Origin: Gloeobacterales cyanobacterium | Lineage (GTDB): Bacteria; Cyanobacteriota; Cyanobacteriia; Gloeobacterales; PMM-0068 | DNA: 38,154 nucleotides | Reading direction: 5' to 3' | Assembly (NCBI GenBank): GCA_038245785.1 | Contig: JBBRSB010000039.1 | Location: 1-38,154, forward strand | Shown: positions 8,884 to 18,405 of the stretch, piece by piece | Layout of the letters: the number at the start of each line of letters is the position of its first letter | Position numbering within the stretch: position 1 is the first letter of the stretch | Position numbers and translations under genes: made by a program | The notes under the pieces: generated by a model | What the model saw: only the letters and a program-made list of their open reading frames with translations | Databases searched by the model: none | Told to the model about the DNA's origin: nothing

Positions 8884-11735
8884 GCTTTTTGACTCCCTGG
8901 ATTCCGTTGACCTGGCTTCAATACATACACACCGAGCATGTCCATCGGCAGTTGAGGCTTCACCTTCACCTGTCCTTCGTTCGTAATGGCCCTAACGCGC
9001 CGATGGGATTGCATTAGGTTCTGGCTTTTCGTCTGGGCCATTCCTTCTAACTCCTCTTGCAGCCCGTCGAGGCTTTGTAGTAAATCCTTCAGGTCCTCTC
9101 GTTTCAAAGCCATGGGAATATCTCCGACAGGCTCAGCTTTGCGTAACAGCTCAGCGGCCTCCTCCGGCTCTAACCACAGCGGATTAGAGGGGGGTCCTGT
9201 AAAACCGGCCACCCAACATTCCTCTGTCAACAGGTCTTGTGCCTTAGCGCTGCTGATTAAGTAGCGCGAGCGGAGCAACAGCAACGTGGTGCGCTTTTCT
9301 ACACTGTCAGTGACCGTAAAACCACAACGTGCCGCTGTCGGGTCTTTCACGTTGTCTAGAGACTCTTCCAGTAGATGGCGGGCTAGCCCCTCGACCAGGG
9401 AATGATTACGGCCTATATACTCAACGCCCTCATGTGCGGGGGTTTTGAAGGTAATCAGCCGCGCTTTTGTGCCCAAACTGCTTTGTAGCGGTAGAGGAAT
9501 AGTGGGGAGCAGCCATCCGTGTTTTTTCTTCTGGAGGGAGGCATTCAAGCGCTCACAGGCAGCCTTCACAAAACGTTCCACATCCGCTTCGCTGCCGAGG
9601 ATTCGGTCAGACTCTATAAGTTCTTGCTCTACTTCGGCAGGTTTGATCGAGTTTTGGGCAAAGCGCGTGCGGCTCACTTTTTCGCGTTCCACTGCTCGGT
9701 CCCAAGTTGCATGAATCTGTTCAACCGTAGAGCTGGGTTCATCCAGCAAGTCGATTAGCGAGAGCTGAGCGGCATCCTGTGCCTGGTCAAATAGAGATTT
9801 AAATACCGCCTTGGAAACGGATTCACTGTTCATCGGCACGGGGACCGTAATGCCCAAGGCTTTGTGAATTTCAACGGCCTTGCGAATCAAAACGTCCAAT
9901 ACTGCTCCATCGACAGGATTATCTTGCCCGTGGAGCAAAGAACACCGCACCTCAGGAGCAACCTGGCCATAGCGGTCAATCCGACCTTCCCTTTGCTCCA
10001 GACGATTGGGATTCCAGGGCAAATCGTAGTGCAGTGATGCATTGAAATGGCCCTGGAGGTTCACCCCTTCACTTAGACAATCCGTTGCCACCAAGACCCG
10101 CCGCTCATGATTTTGTAAGTCCTCTAGACGAATCTCCCGTTCATCTTCTGAATGTTCACCCGTAACCGCGAGCACCCGCACCGGGCTGCCTTTTTTCTTG
10201 TCCAGCCTCAGTCGGAGCTGCTCCGCTACATAATTGGCAGTAGCAATATAGCGGCACCAGATAATAGGGTTGAACCCATCTTTCAGCAATTCCTCAATGG
10301 TTTTAATTGCACTTTGGAGTTTTGAATCTTTCTCCCCAAATAGAATTTCCGCAGATTTGATGAAATTACGCAGCGTGCGACGGTCTGAATCGCTATAGCT
10401 GCGTTGCCCTTGCTCCAGGGCAATAGTAGGCTGAGCGTCAATGGCCTGTTCTTGCTCGGTGGGGTCGCAGGTGTAAGCCGCCATCAAGTCTTCGTCAATT
10501 TCGCTGGCGAGCTCTTCGGCGGTTCCTGATTTGCTTACCTGACGGCTGAGCGTGGCAATGGCAGCGGCTGGAGAAGACATGACGCAACGAATCAGCGCTA
10601 GCGCAGCCCAGTAGCGTCCCCGTCGCTGGGCATGGCTCATCTCACTCGTTGTAGTTTTGACCAGACCACGGGCAAAGTTGTAGACCTGCTCAAACAAATC
10701 TCGATACTCTTTCGAGAGTTTGTAGGTTTGCTCCAGCGATTCACGCTTTGGAAAGGGAGTTTCATCCCCTAACCACTGCTTCACATCGGCCCGTCGTCGC
10801 TGGACAAAGTGACGCGCCAGTTCGATCCGCTGCTGTGCTGTCAACGCATGGATATCCCAGCCCTGGAATTCAGGATTTAACAGCCCTAAAATCGATGAAA
10901 AAGATTCTTCAATGCCGCTATGAGGGGTCGCTGTCAAGAGAATGAGATTTTGCTTAGTTTTTTTTGCAACTCTCTGTAAAAGCTCATGCCTTTGCTGCTG
11001 TGATGCGCTCCGTCCACCCGGTTGGGCACAGGTATGAGCTTCATCCACAATCACTAAATCGGGGCAATGCGTAAGAAAACTAGCCTGTCTCCGCTCTGAC
11101 TTGGCATAGTCAAGACTGACAATGATGTGACGATAGTACTCAAAAACATGGCGGTCTCCTGTTGGAAGCATCCGCTCTAGTTTTCCTACGGTCCCAGAAC
11201 GAATCACAACCGCATCGATGTGGAACTTTTCCCGTAATTCTCTTTGCCACTGGTCGCAAAGATGAGGTGGGCATAGTACAGCTAGTCGTTTGACCTCACC
11301 ACGGTCCAATAGCTCTCTGGCAATTAACCCCGCCTCGATGGTCTTACCAATCCCTACGTCATCGGCGATTAGAAGTCTGACCGTCTCTAAGCGCAAGGCC
11401 ATCAGTAAGGGCACTAATTGATAGGGCTTGGGACGCACGGATAAACGCCCTAGACACCGAAACGGCCCCGCTCCACTACGCAGGCTAAGTCGAGCCGCAT
11501 CCATCAAAAGTTGAGCTGCCGTATGGTCTTGAATGGATTCAGCTTGAGGAAGAGGGAAATGAGTTGACTCTAACGGTTCTAGCCCTAAGAGCTGATAGAT
11601 GCCACAAACCTGGTCTTCATTGCCACTCAGGGGGCGCAGTCGGATGACATCGCTAATTTCTGAAGGCAACACAACCCATGGACGATTCCGGCAGGAGACT
11701 ACGGAACCAGGGGTGGGATGAAAACTACCAGCCAT
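8880..11735 (-). CDS. SNF2-family helicase (DISARM DrmD-like)
   Basis: LLIADDVGIGKT, DEAH, LTATPH, SEGVNLQ, WNPNRLEQREGRIDR. ATGA overlap with the methyltransferase. Confidence 0.9.
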   Translation of the reverse strand: MAGSFHPTPGSVVSCRNRPWVVLPSEISDVIRLRPLSGNEDQVCGIYQLLGLEPLESTHFPLPQAESIQDHTAAQLLMDAARLSLRSGAGPFRCLGRLSVRPKPYQLVPLLMALRLETVRLLIADDVGIGKTIEAGLIARELLDRGEVKRLAVLCPPHLCDQWQRELREKFHIDAVVIRSGTVGKLERMLPTGDRHVFEYYRHIIVSLDYAKSERRQASFLTHCPDLVIVDEAHTCAQPGGRSASQQQRHELLQRVAKKTKQNLILLTATPHSGIEESFSSILGLLNPEFQGWDIHALTAQQRIELARHFVQRRRADVKQWLGDETPFPKRESLEQTYKLSKEYRDLFEQVYNFARGLVKTTTSEMSHAQRRGRYWAALALIRCVMSSPAAAIATLSRQVSKSGTAEELASEIDEDLMAAYTCDPTEQEQAIDAQPTIALEQGQRSYSDSDRRTLRNFIKSAEILFGEKDSKLQSAIKTIEELLKDGFNPIIWCRYIATANYVAEQLRLRLDKKKGSPVRVLAVTGEHSEDEREIRLEDLQNHERRVLVATDCLSEGVNLQGHFNASLHYDLPWNPNRLEQREGRIDRYGQVAPEVRCSLLHGQDNPVDGAVLDVLIRKAVEIHKALGITVPVPMNSESVSKAVFKSLFDQAQDAAQLSLIDLLDEPSSTVEQIHATWDRAVEREKVSRTRFAQNSIKPAEVEQELIESDRILGSEADVERFVKAACERLNASLQKKKHGWLLPTIPLPLQSSLGTKARLITFKTPAHEGVEYIGRNHSLVEGLARHLLEESLDNVKDPTAARCGFTVTDSVEKRTTLLLLRSRYLISSAKAQDLLTEECWVAGFTGPPSNPLWLEPEEAAELLRKAEPVGDIPMALKREDLKDLLQSLDGLQEELEGMAQTKSQNLMQSHRRVRAITNEGQVKVKPQLPMDMLGVYVLKPGQRNPGSQKA

Positions 11736-11972
11736 GCCAACACTTAAGAAGAAGTAAGGCTAGTGTTCCCAACTGTCACATGGCTCTATCGAGGCTCATT
11801 CACGCAATTTGCAAGGCTATATACGGCAAGCCAGGTCATAAGCTCCTCCTAGCACAGCATGCTCAAGTTAACTCCGTTTAACCTTGCTTATTGAGAATGA
11901 AATTGTTTGAGGTCACGAAAGAATCAATATCTTACTTCCTGTCCTTGATGAGGAGTATGTTCTCAACCATAA

Positions 11973-14507
11973 TCAGCGGATCAGGGATGAAGGCTTGGGT
12001 ATTTGATGAATATTCCCATTCGTTTTGGGCGTTGGGGTCGTCAAAGTCAAAAGTGCATTTTCGAGGACCTGATCAATCCGTTCACAGAAGATAAATTCCA
12101 TCTGTTGGCGGACATCTTCAGGTACATCGACTAAGTCCTTTTCATTCTGTTGCGGCAGCAGTACCCGCTTGATACCCGCCCGGTGAGCAGCCAACACTTT
12201 TTCGCGGACTCCACCAATTGGCAGCACGTCTCCACTGAGATTGATTTCTCCCGTCATCGCTGTATCGGTACGAACGGGCTTGTTCATGAGCAGAGAAGCC
12301 AGGGTCGTCAACATCGTGACGCCCGCTGAAGGCCCATCTTTAGGAATAGCACCAGCTGGGATATGAATATGAAAACCATTGCCTCTGAATACGCTAGCTT
12401 CGATGCCCAGGGATGCAGCATTGGCCCAAAGATAGGAGTATGCAATCTGGGCTGATTCTTCCATCACCTCTCCGAGTTGGCCTGTCAGGGTCAGGTCTCG
12501 GCCCCGAGGTAAGAGGATCGCCTCCACAAACAGCACTTCTCCTCCTGTATGGGTCCAAGCAAGACCTGTCGCCACCCCTGTTTTGGCTGCTTTCCGCATT
12601 TCATCCCGAAGGAAGGCCCTGGGTCCAAGGAATTCCTCTAGCTGTTCGGGGTGAATGAGCACAGGGCTGATTTCATCCCTGGCATAGCGGACCGCGACTT
12701 TACGGCACAAAGCCCCTAGATGCTGTTCTAGTCTGCGTACGCCAGCCTCACGGGTATAAGCTTCAATGATTTGGCGTAGCGTTTCTGCTGGTAGTTGTAC
12801 AGCGTCTTCAGGCAATCCGGCTTTTTCAAGCTGACGAGGCAAAAGATACTTCTGGGCGATGGCCACTTTTTCCTGTTCGGAATAACCAGAAAGCTCAATG
12901 ATTTCCAGTCGGTCTAAGAGGGGGGGCAGAACTTCAGAGAGGTCGTTGGCCGTACCGATAAAGATAATTTGTGAAAGGTCAAAATCCAGATCCAGGTATA
13001 GGTCCCGGAAGCAAAAGTTCTGCTGTGGGTCCAGGATTTCCAGCAAGACAGAGGCAGGGTCCCCACGATAGTCCATCCCGACTTTATCTAACTCATCAAG
13101 CATAATCACCGGATTGTTTACTCCAGCCCGATGCAGCGCTTGGATGATCCGGCCCGGCATTGCCCCAATATAAGTACGGCGGTGCCCGCGCAGCTCTGCT
13201 TCATCGCGTAATCCGCCAAGGCTGACACGCTCAAAGGGACGACCGAGCGCCCGAGCAATGGACCGCCCTAGACTCGTTTTCCCTACGCCTGGCGGCCCCG
13301 CAAAACAGAGCACCGTGCCGATTGTATAGCGGTCTGAGTGCTCTACCTGCTTCTCTGAAGCTTCAACGGTCGCTACATCCTTTTGGTGTGCAGCGTACGC
13401 GATTTGCTTCAGCTTGAACGTGGCTAGGTGTTCAATAATCCGGTCTTTGACTTTGCTAAGACCGTAGTGGTCCGTATCCAATACTTCTCTAGCATTTTGT
13501 AGGTCCAGATTATCTTCTACACTCTTTTCCCAGGGCATTTCCAAGAGCCAGTCGAGGTAGGTCCGAATCACACCACCCTCGGCAGAGCTACTACCAACCC
13601 GCTCCAAACGAGATAATTCACGCTTTGCTTGCTTCTGGGCAATTTCAGGTAAGGGAGTACTATCCAAGCGTGTCCACAAATCCTCCATGTCCTTGCTCTC
13701 GGGCTCAACTTCCCCTAACTCCTCTCGGATCTTTTTGAGTTGCTGACGCAGAATCATTTCTTTTTGTTGTTGGTCCAGTTCCTTTTTGGTTTCTCCTAGA
13801 ATTTCAGTGCGTAGATGCTGGATTTCGAGCTCTTGGTTTAATTCCGCTAAACTTTGTCTGAGTAGATGTTCTAGGTTCTCCTGTTCAAGTACAGCCTGCA
13901 TCTGAGGAACGTCTTGCTGAAGCAACAAGGAGGTCTGATAGGCTAGCTCCGCAGGGTCATCGCTCAAGGCAGGCAGAACCTCTGGGGGAAAGTTTGGATT
14001 CATCGCTGCCACTTCTCGCCAAAGGGAGCGGATAGCACCCGCTAAGGCTTCTAGGGTTGCGTTAGTTGTACCTGTGGCGATAGCTGCTTCTCGGGTGAGT
14101 TTGGGGAGCCGTCGAAATTTCACTTCGTAGATAGAATCAATCAAGTTCATCTGCTCAATGCGGACCCGTTCTTGCCCCTCAATAACTAATTGAATCGGGC
14201 CTTGTGGTATCTGCGTCACTCGCTTGACAACGGCCAAGGTGGCGACAGGATAGAGTTCTTCCAAACGCTCCACTTCAGCATCAGAGTCGGCTTCTAGTCG
14301 CTGAGCAGCTTCCGGGCGCAGCGTAGCGAGAATGAGCTGTTGCTCTGCAGTTTGGATCACGGCTTCAGCAACTGCAATCGAAGTTGGCCGACCCGCTACG
14401 ATCGGTACGGTGATTCCTGGCAGAATAACGATGTTCAATAAAGGTAATAGCAGACCCGTTTCAAGGGTTTCTATATCTCCAGAGGATAAGGTCGTACTAT
14501 CGTTCAT
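11973..14507 (-). CDS. lon: ATP-dependent protease La (Lon)
   Basis: N-terminal LON domain, Walker [22 protein letters not shown], Walker B MLDELDK, catalytic PKDGPSAG (Ser) and GGVREK (Lys). GAGGAG RBS before ATG 14507; the ORF is open to 14543. Confidence 0.96.
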   Translation of the reverse strand: MNDSTTLSSGDIETLETGLLLPLLNIVILPGITVPIVAGRPTSIAVAEAVIQTAEQQLILATLRPEAAQRLEADSDAEVERLEELYPVATLAVVKRVTQIPQGPIQLVIEGQERVRIEQMNLIDSIYEVKFRRLPKLTREAAIATGTTNATLEALAGAIRSLWREVAAMNPNFPPEVLPALSDDPAELAYQTSLLLQQDVPQMQAVLEQENLEHLLRQSLAELNQELEIQHLRTEILGETKKELDQQQKEMILRQQLKKIREELGEVEPESKDMEDLWTRLDSTPLPEIAQKQAKRELSRLERVGSSSAEGGVIRTYLDWLLEMPWEKSVEDNLDLQNAREVLDTDHYGLSKVKDRIIEHLATFKLKQIAYAAHQKDVATVEASEKQVEHSDRYTIGTVLCFAGPPGVGKTSLGRSIARALGRPFERVSLGGLRDEAELRGHRRTYIGAMPGRIIQALHRAGVNNPVIMLDELDKVGMDYRGDPASVLLEILDPQQNFCFRDLYLDLDFDLSQIIFIGTANDLSEVLPPLLDRLEIIELSGYSEQEKVAIAQKYLLPRQLEKAGLPEDAVQLPAETLRQIIEAYTREAGVRRLEQHLGALCRKVAVRYARDEISPVLIHPEQLEEFLGPRAFLRDEMRKAAKTGVATGLAWTHTGGEVLFVEAILLPRGRDLTLTGQLGEVMEESAQIAYSYLWANAASLGIEASVFRGNGFHIHIPAGAIPKDGPSAGVTMLTTLASLLMNKPVRTDTAMTGEINLSGDVLPIGGVREKVLAAHRAGIKRVLLPQQNEKDLVDVPEDVRQQMEFIFCERIDQVLENALLTLTTPTPKTNGNIHQIPKPSSLIR

Positions 14508-14802
14508 AAAAACTCCTCGCCCCTCTTGAAATTTGTTCATCACAAACTTGGGGCAAAAATCAAAATTTGTTTAAATAACAAGAGCAGGACTGAAAGGGCA
14601 GCTCACCTGTGTGTTTCAGCAAATTAGCCGTAAATTGGCTGAACAATTCAGCAAGATCATCTACTTCTATTTTCTACTTTCTTTTTAATCTCGGCAAGAT
14701 AGCAAGAATCACCTTAGCCGTTTTTGTTTGGAATGGAGTTGCAGCTTTCTGTTCAAAAAAGCTAGACAAGTAGAACTATGTATATGTTTAGGAGTCAATA
14801 CT

Positions 14803-15849
14803 ATGCAACGAGCATTGAGACTGGTCTCTGATAGTGGTTCCGAAGTCAGGGAAATGCGGCAAGAGGCTCCCAGCATCGTGGAGTTACAGGATGAGCCGCT
14901 GCTAGATGCTTATTCTCGCGCCATTATTCGGGTGGCAGAGAACGTTAGCCCTTCTGTGGTCAATATTGAGGTCCATCAGCAGGTCAAGGGGCGTCAGCAG
15001 CGGTCACAGGACCGTCATGGCAATGGATCTGGTTTTATTTGTACGCCGGATGGATACATTCTGACCAACAGTCATGTAGTTCATAATGCCGTGAAGATTG
15101 GGGTTATGCTCTCCGATGGTCGAGAATTTCCGGCAGAGCTGATCGGGGATGATCCAGAAACGGATTTGGCCGTGATTAGAATTCATAGTCCTAATCTTGT
15201 ATCTGCCCGTTTAGGAGATTCTCAGGCGATCCAGGTAGGGCAGGTAGCAGTGGCTATTGGTAATCCCTATGGTTTTCAGTGCACGGTGACAGCGGGAGTG
15301 GTCAGTGCCCTGGGCCGTTCTCTGCGCTCACAATCGGGACGGATGATTGATAATGTCATTCAAACGGATGCAGCGCTGAATCCAGGTAATTCGGGTGGTC
15401 CCTTGGTCAACTCTCGAGGAGAAGTAATCGGGGTGAATACTGCTGTTATTCTGCCTGCGCAAGGAATCTGCTTTGCGATTGGCGTGAATACAGCCAAGTT
15501 CGTCGCTGGACAACTGATTAACTATGGCAAAGTTACCCGTAGCTATATTGGCATCGGTGGTCAGAATGTTCCTTTGCACCGCCGGGTCGTACGTTTTTAT
15601 AACTTAGCCCAGGAAAGTGGAATCCTTGTGGTTTCCATAGAGCCGGGTAGTCCAGCAGTTCGCGCTGGTCTGCAAGAAGGAGACGTGATTATCCGCTACG
15701 AAGGTCAAGACCTGACCGAAATCAATGATTTGCACCGCTTGCTCACGGATAAACAGGTTGGCGTAAAATCTGCCTTGACCGTTATTCGTCATGCCGAGAT
15801 GATGACGCTTAGTATCATCCCAGAGGAATCAATTTCTCCTCAGGAGTGA
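14803..15849 (+). CDS. HtrA/DegP-family serine protease with one PDZ domain
   Basis: Catalytic triad motifs TNSHVV, DLAV and GNSGGPL, plus a C-terminal PDZ (GSPA..AGLQEGDVI). GGAG RBS before ATG 14803. Confidence 0.93.
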   Translation: MQRALRLVSDSGSEVREMRQEAPSIVELQDEPLLDAYSRAIIRVAENVSPSVVNIEVHQQVKGRQQRSQDRHGNGSGFICTPDGYILTNSHVVHNAVKIGVMLSDGREFPAELIGDDPETDLAVIRIHSPNLVSARLGDSQAIQVGQVAVAIGNPYGFQCTVTAGVVSALGRSLRSQSGRMIDNVIQTDAALNPGNSGGPLVNSRGEVIGVNTAVILPAQGICFAIGVNTAKFVAGQLINYGKVTRSYIGIGGQNVPLHRRVVRFYNLAQESGILVVSIEPGSPAVRAGLQEGDVIIRYEGQDLTEINDLHRLLTDKQVGVKSALTVIRHAEMMTLSIIPEESISPQE

Positions 15850-15859
15850 TGCCACTTTA

Positions 15860-15884
15860 TGCCCTGCGGTCTACCCGCAGGGCA
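15860..15884 (+). terminator. Stem-loop after htrA
   Basis: Perfect 10-bp stem tgccctgcgg / ccgcagggca. There is no U-tract, so it may be a stabilising or processing hairpin. Confidence 0.5.
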
Positions 15885-15960
15885 GGTTAAATCTTGCTAA
15901 GCAGAGCGGCAACTTTTGAAAGTGTGCGTAGGTTGAAGGGAGTAGTTTTGGGAGAAAACT

Positions 15961-16908
15961 ATGGAAAAGCCGCTCCGCATTTTGCTACAAACCACGATTC
16001 CAACGATTGAGGATGATTGGAGTATTGCCAGATTTTCCCTGTTGCAGGACTATCTTGCTTCTTTGAAGGATGAAGAAGGGAATGCTCTATGTGAGGTAAC
16101 TGCACGGGATAAAAGAGTGAACGCAGAGGGGAATGACCCTGTACTGAGTACTCTTTCCCGAGCAGATTTTGATGAACTTTGGCTGTTGGCATTAGATACA
16201 GGGGATGGGCTGAGTACCCAAGATTGTGCGGGCATCACGGCTTTTCATCGGCAAGGGGGCGGGATCTTTACTACCCGTGACCATCAAGATATGGGCGTTT
16301 CTATGTGTGGCCTTGATACCCTGGGCCATTTCCACTATTTCCATACCCAAAATCCAGACCCCGATGATTCTCGCTGCTGCCGAGATGATATTTACACAGC
16401 CTATATCTCTTGGCCCAATTATTATTCTGGGCGCAATGGAGACTATCAGAAAATTACTTTGGTTGAACCGATTCATAAACTTTTACGCAACCCTAATTCA
16501 CCATCTGGCCTGATTGAATTTTTTCCGGCCCATCCTCATGAAGGAGGCATCGGTACTCCCAAGCAAGAAGGAAATGCACGGGTTATCGCTACAGGCCAAA
16601 GTAAGGTTACAGAGCGTACGTTCAATCTTGTGGTTGTTGCTGATTGCGCTCAAGATGGCTTAGGTAATACGCTGGGTCGTGTAGTTTCTCAATCAACCTT
16701 TCATCACTTGGTAGACTACAACTGGAATACCGATAAAGGATGTCCTGGCTTCGTGGATGAGCCGATTGGGACGGGGATGAAAACGGAACCTAGAGCTTTG
16801 CAAGATATTAAAGCCTACGTTCGAAATTTAGTTTTGTGGCTTGCACCTGCGGAGAAGATTGAGGTGAAGTTAGAAAGTGCGAGTGCTTCATCGCGCAATC
16901 GGTTATGA
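15961..16908 (+). CDS. Conserved hypothetical protein (possibly glutamine-amidotransferase/ThuA-like fold)
   Basis: 315-aa ORF with a GGAG RBS and motif-like segments RDHQDMG, FPAHPHEG and STFHH. The fold assignment is inference. Confidence 0.75.
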   Translation: MEKPLRILLQTTIPTIEDDWSIARFSLLQDYLASLKDEEGNALCEVTARDKRVNAEGNDPVLSTLSRADFDELWLLALDTGDGLSTQDCAGITAFHRQGGGIFTTRDHQDMGVSMCGLDTLGHFHYFHTQNPDPDDSRCCRDDIYTAYISWPNYYSGRNGDYQKITLVEPIHKLLRNPNSPSGLIEFFPAHPHEGGIGTPKQEGNARVIATGQSKVTERTFNLVVVADCAQDGLGNTLGRVVSQSTFHHLVDYNWNTDKGCPGFVDEPIGTGMKTEPRALQDIKAYVRNLVLWLAPAEKIEVKLESASASSRNRL

Positions 16909-17067
16909 AGTGCAAAAAAGACTTATGCCAAAATACTAAAACCTCAAAGCTGAGCTAGCTCAGGCGTCCACCGCGATATTTCTGCCAATCATGCTCTAAC
17001 CAAACAGACAAATCTGTTCGCTTGCAATAAGGTAGGGATAGGACTCGTCGGCAGGGAGGTTAGGATA

Positions 17068-18354
17068 TTGGGCGCTAACCCAAGCGATGCAGTTCATCGC
17101 GTAGTAATCATCGGGGGTGGCTTTGGTGGACTCTACGCGGCAAAAGCACTCAGACGTACGCCCATAAAAGTAACGCTCCTTGATAAGCGTAATTTTCACT
17201 TATTTCAACCGCTCCTTTATCAGGTAGCAACGGGAGGCTTATCTCCTGGAGACATTGCTTCTCCGATACGGGCTATCCTCGCAGGTCACAAAAATATCCA
17301 AGTTTTGCTGGCGGAAGTTAAAGATATTGACCCCAAAGAGCAAAAAGTGACCTTGGACGACGCAGAGCTGACCTATGACACGCTCGTAGTCGCTACGGGA
17401 GTGAGCCATGACTATTTCGGCAATGAGCACTGGCAAAAACTGGCCCCCGGTCTAAAAACAGTGGAAGATGCTCGGGAAATTCGCCGCCGTATTCTCTTTG
17501 CTTTTGAAGCTGCTGAAAAGGAATTAGACCCCGAAAAACGTCGGGCTTGGATGACCTTTGTCCTAATTGGAGGCGGTACTACAGGCGTGGAACTGGCAGG
17601 GGCTCTGGCTGAAATTGCCCATAAGACCTTGAAAAATGAGTTCATCAATATTGATACCACTCAGGCAAAAATTCTTCTCCTGCAGGGCAATGACCGACTT
17701 TTGCCGAGCTATCCCGCCGATTTATCAGCCGAGGCAAAAATATCTTTGGAACGTCTAGGGGTCACGGTTAAGACTGGAACACGGGTGACCGATATCCAAG
17801 AGCATATTGTCACGTTTAAGAGTAAAGACGGCCCCCCAGAGCAAATTCAGGCCCAAACAAGCCTATGGACAGCGGGTGTGAAGGCGTCGAGTATGGGGAA
17901 GGTCCTCGAAAACTGTACGGGAGTGCAACGCGACCAAAGTGGGCGGGTACTGGTCAATCCTGATTTAACGATTGCTAAATACCCTAATATTTTTGTGATT
18001 GGTGACTTGGCAAACTTTTCCCATGGTCAGGAGGAATCGCTTCCAGGAGTAGCACCTGTTGCGATGCAAGAGGGACAGTATGTCGCAAACTTGATTCAGC
18101 AGCGATTAAAGGGAAAAACACTGCCGGATTTTCACTATGTTGACCGGGGTAGCTTGGCTGTCATTGGTCGAAATTCAGCCGTTATTGACCTAGGATTTAT
18201 AAGACTGAAAGGCTTTATAGCCTGGCTGATCTGGTCTTTTTTGCATATCTACTTTCTAATTGGGTTTGATAACCGAGTGATCATCTTTATTCAATGGGCC
18301 TGGAGCTACCTTACGTCCAAGCGCGGTGACCGACTGATCACGGAGGATCGATAG
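17068..18354 (+). CDS. ndh: Type II NAD(P)H dehydrogenase
   Basis: GGGFGG, HLFQPLLYQVATG, a second Rossmann motif GGGTTGVE, IGD, and a C-terminal amphipathic region. GGAGG RBS before the TTG start. Confidence 0.93.
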   Translation: MGANPSDAVHRVVIIGGGFGGLYAAKALRRTPIKVTLLDKRNFHLFQPLLYQVATGGLSPGDIASPIRAILAGHKNIQVLLAEVKDIDPKEQKVTLDDAELTYDTLVVATGVSHDYFGNEHWQKLAPGLKTVEDAREIRRRILFAFEAAEKELDPEKRRAWMTFVLIGGGTTGVELAGALAEIAHKTLKNEFINIDTTQAKILLLQGNDRLLPSYPADLSAEAKISLERLGVTVKTGTRVTDIQEHIVTFKSKDGPPEQIQAQTSLWTAGVKASSMGKVLENCTGVQRDQSGRVLVNPDLTIAKYPNIFVIGDLANFSHGQEESLPGVAPVAMQEGQYVANLIQQRLKGKTLPDFHYVDRGSLAVIGRNSAVIDLGFIRLKGFIAWLIWSFLHIYFLIGFDNRVIIFIQWAWSYLTSKRGDRLITEDR

Positions 18355-18361
18355 TTTACAC

Positions 18362-18389
18362 AAAAAAGCCGCTCTCGATGAACGGCTTT
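18362..18389. terminator. Intrinsic terminator between convergent ndh and glnN
   Basis: aaagccg...cggcttt stem; the flanking A-tract gives a U-tail on the minus strand. Confidence 0.6.
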
Positions 18390-18405
18390 CTAGACGTTAT
18401 TTACG

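Noticed and set aside
2667..11735. Gabija or retron system
   Set aside because: The helicase is SNF2 rather than UvrD and is on the opposite strand. There is no reverse transcriptase.
11973..14507. BREX BrxL Lon-like protease next to a methyltransferase
   Set aside because: It has canonical LonA architecture, and there is no pglZ or brxC.
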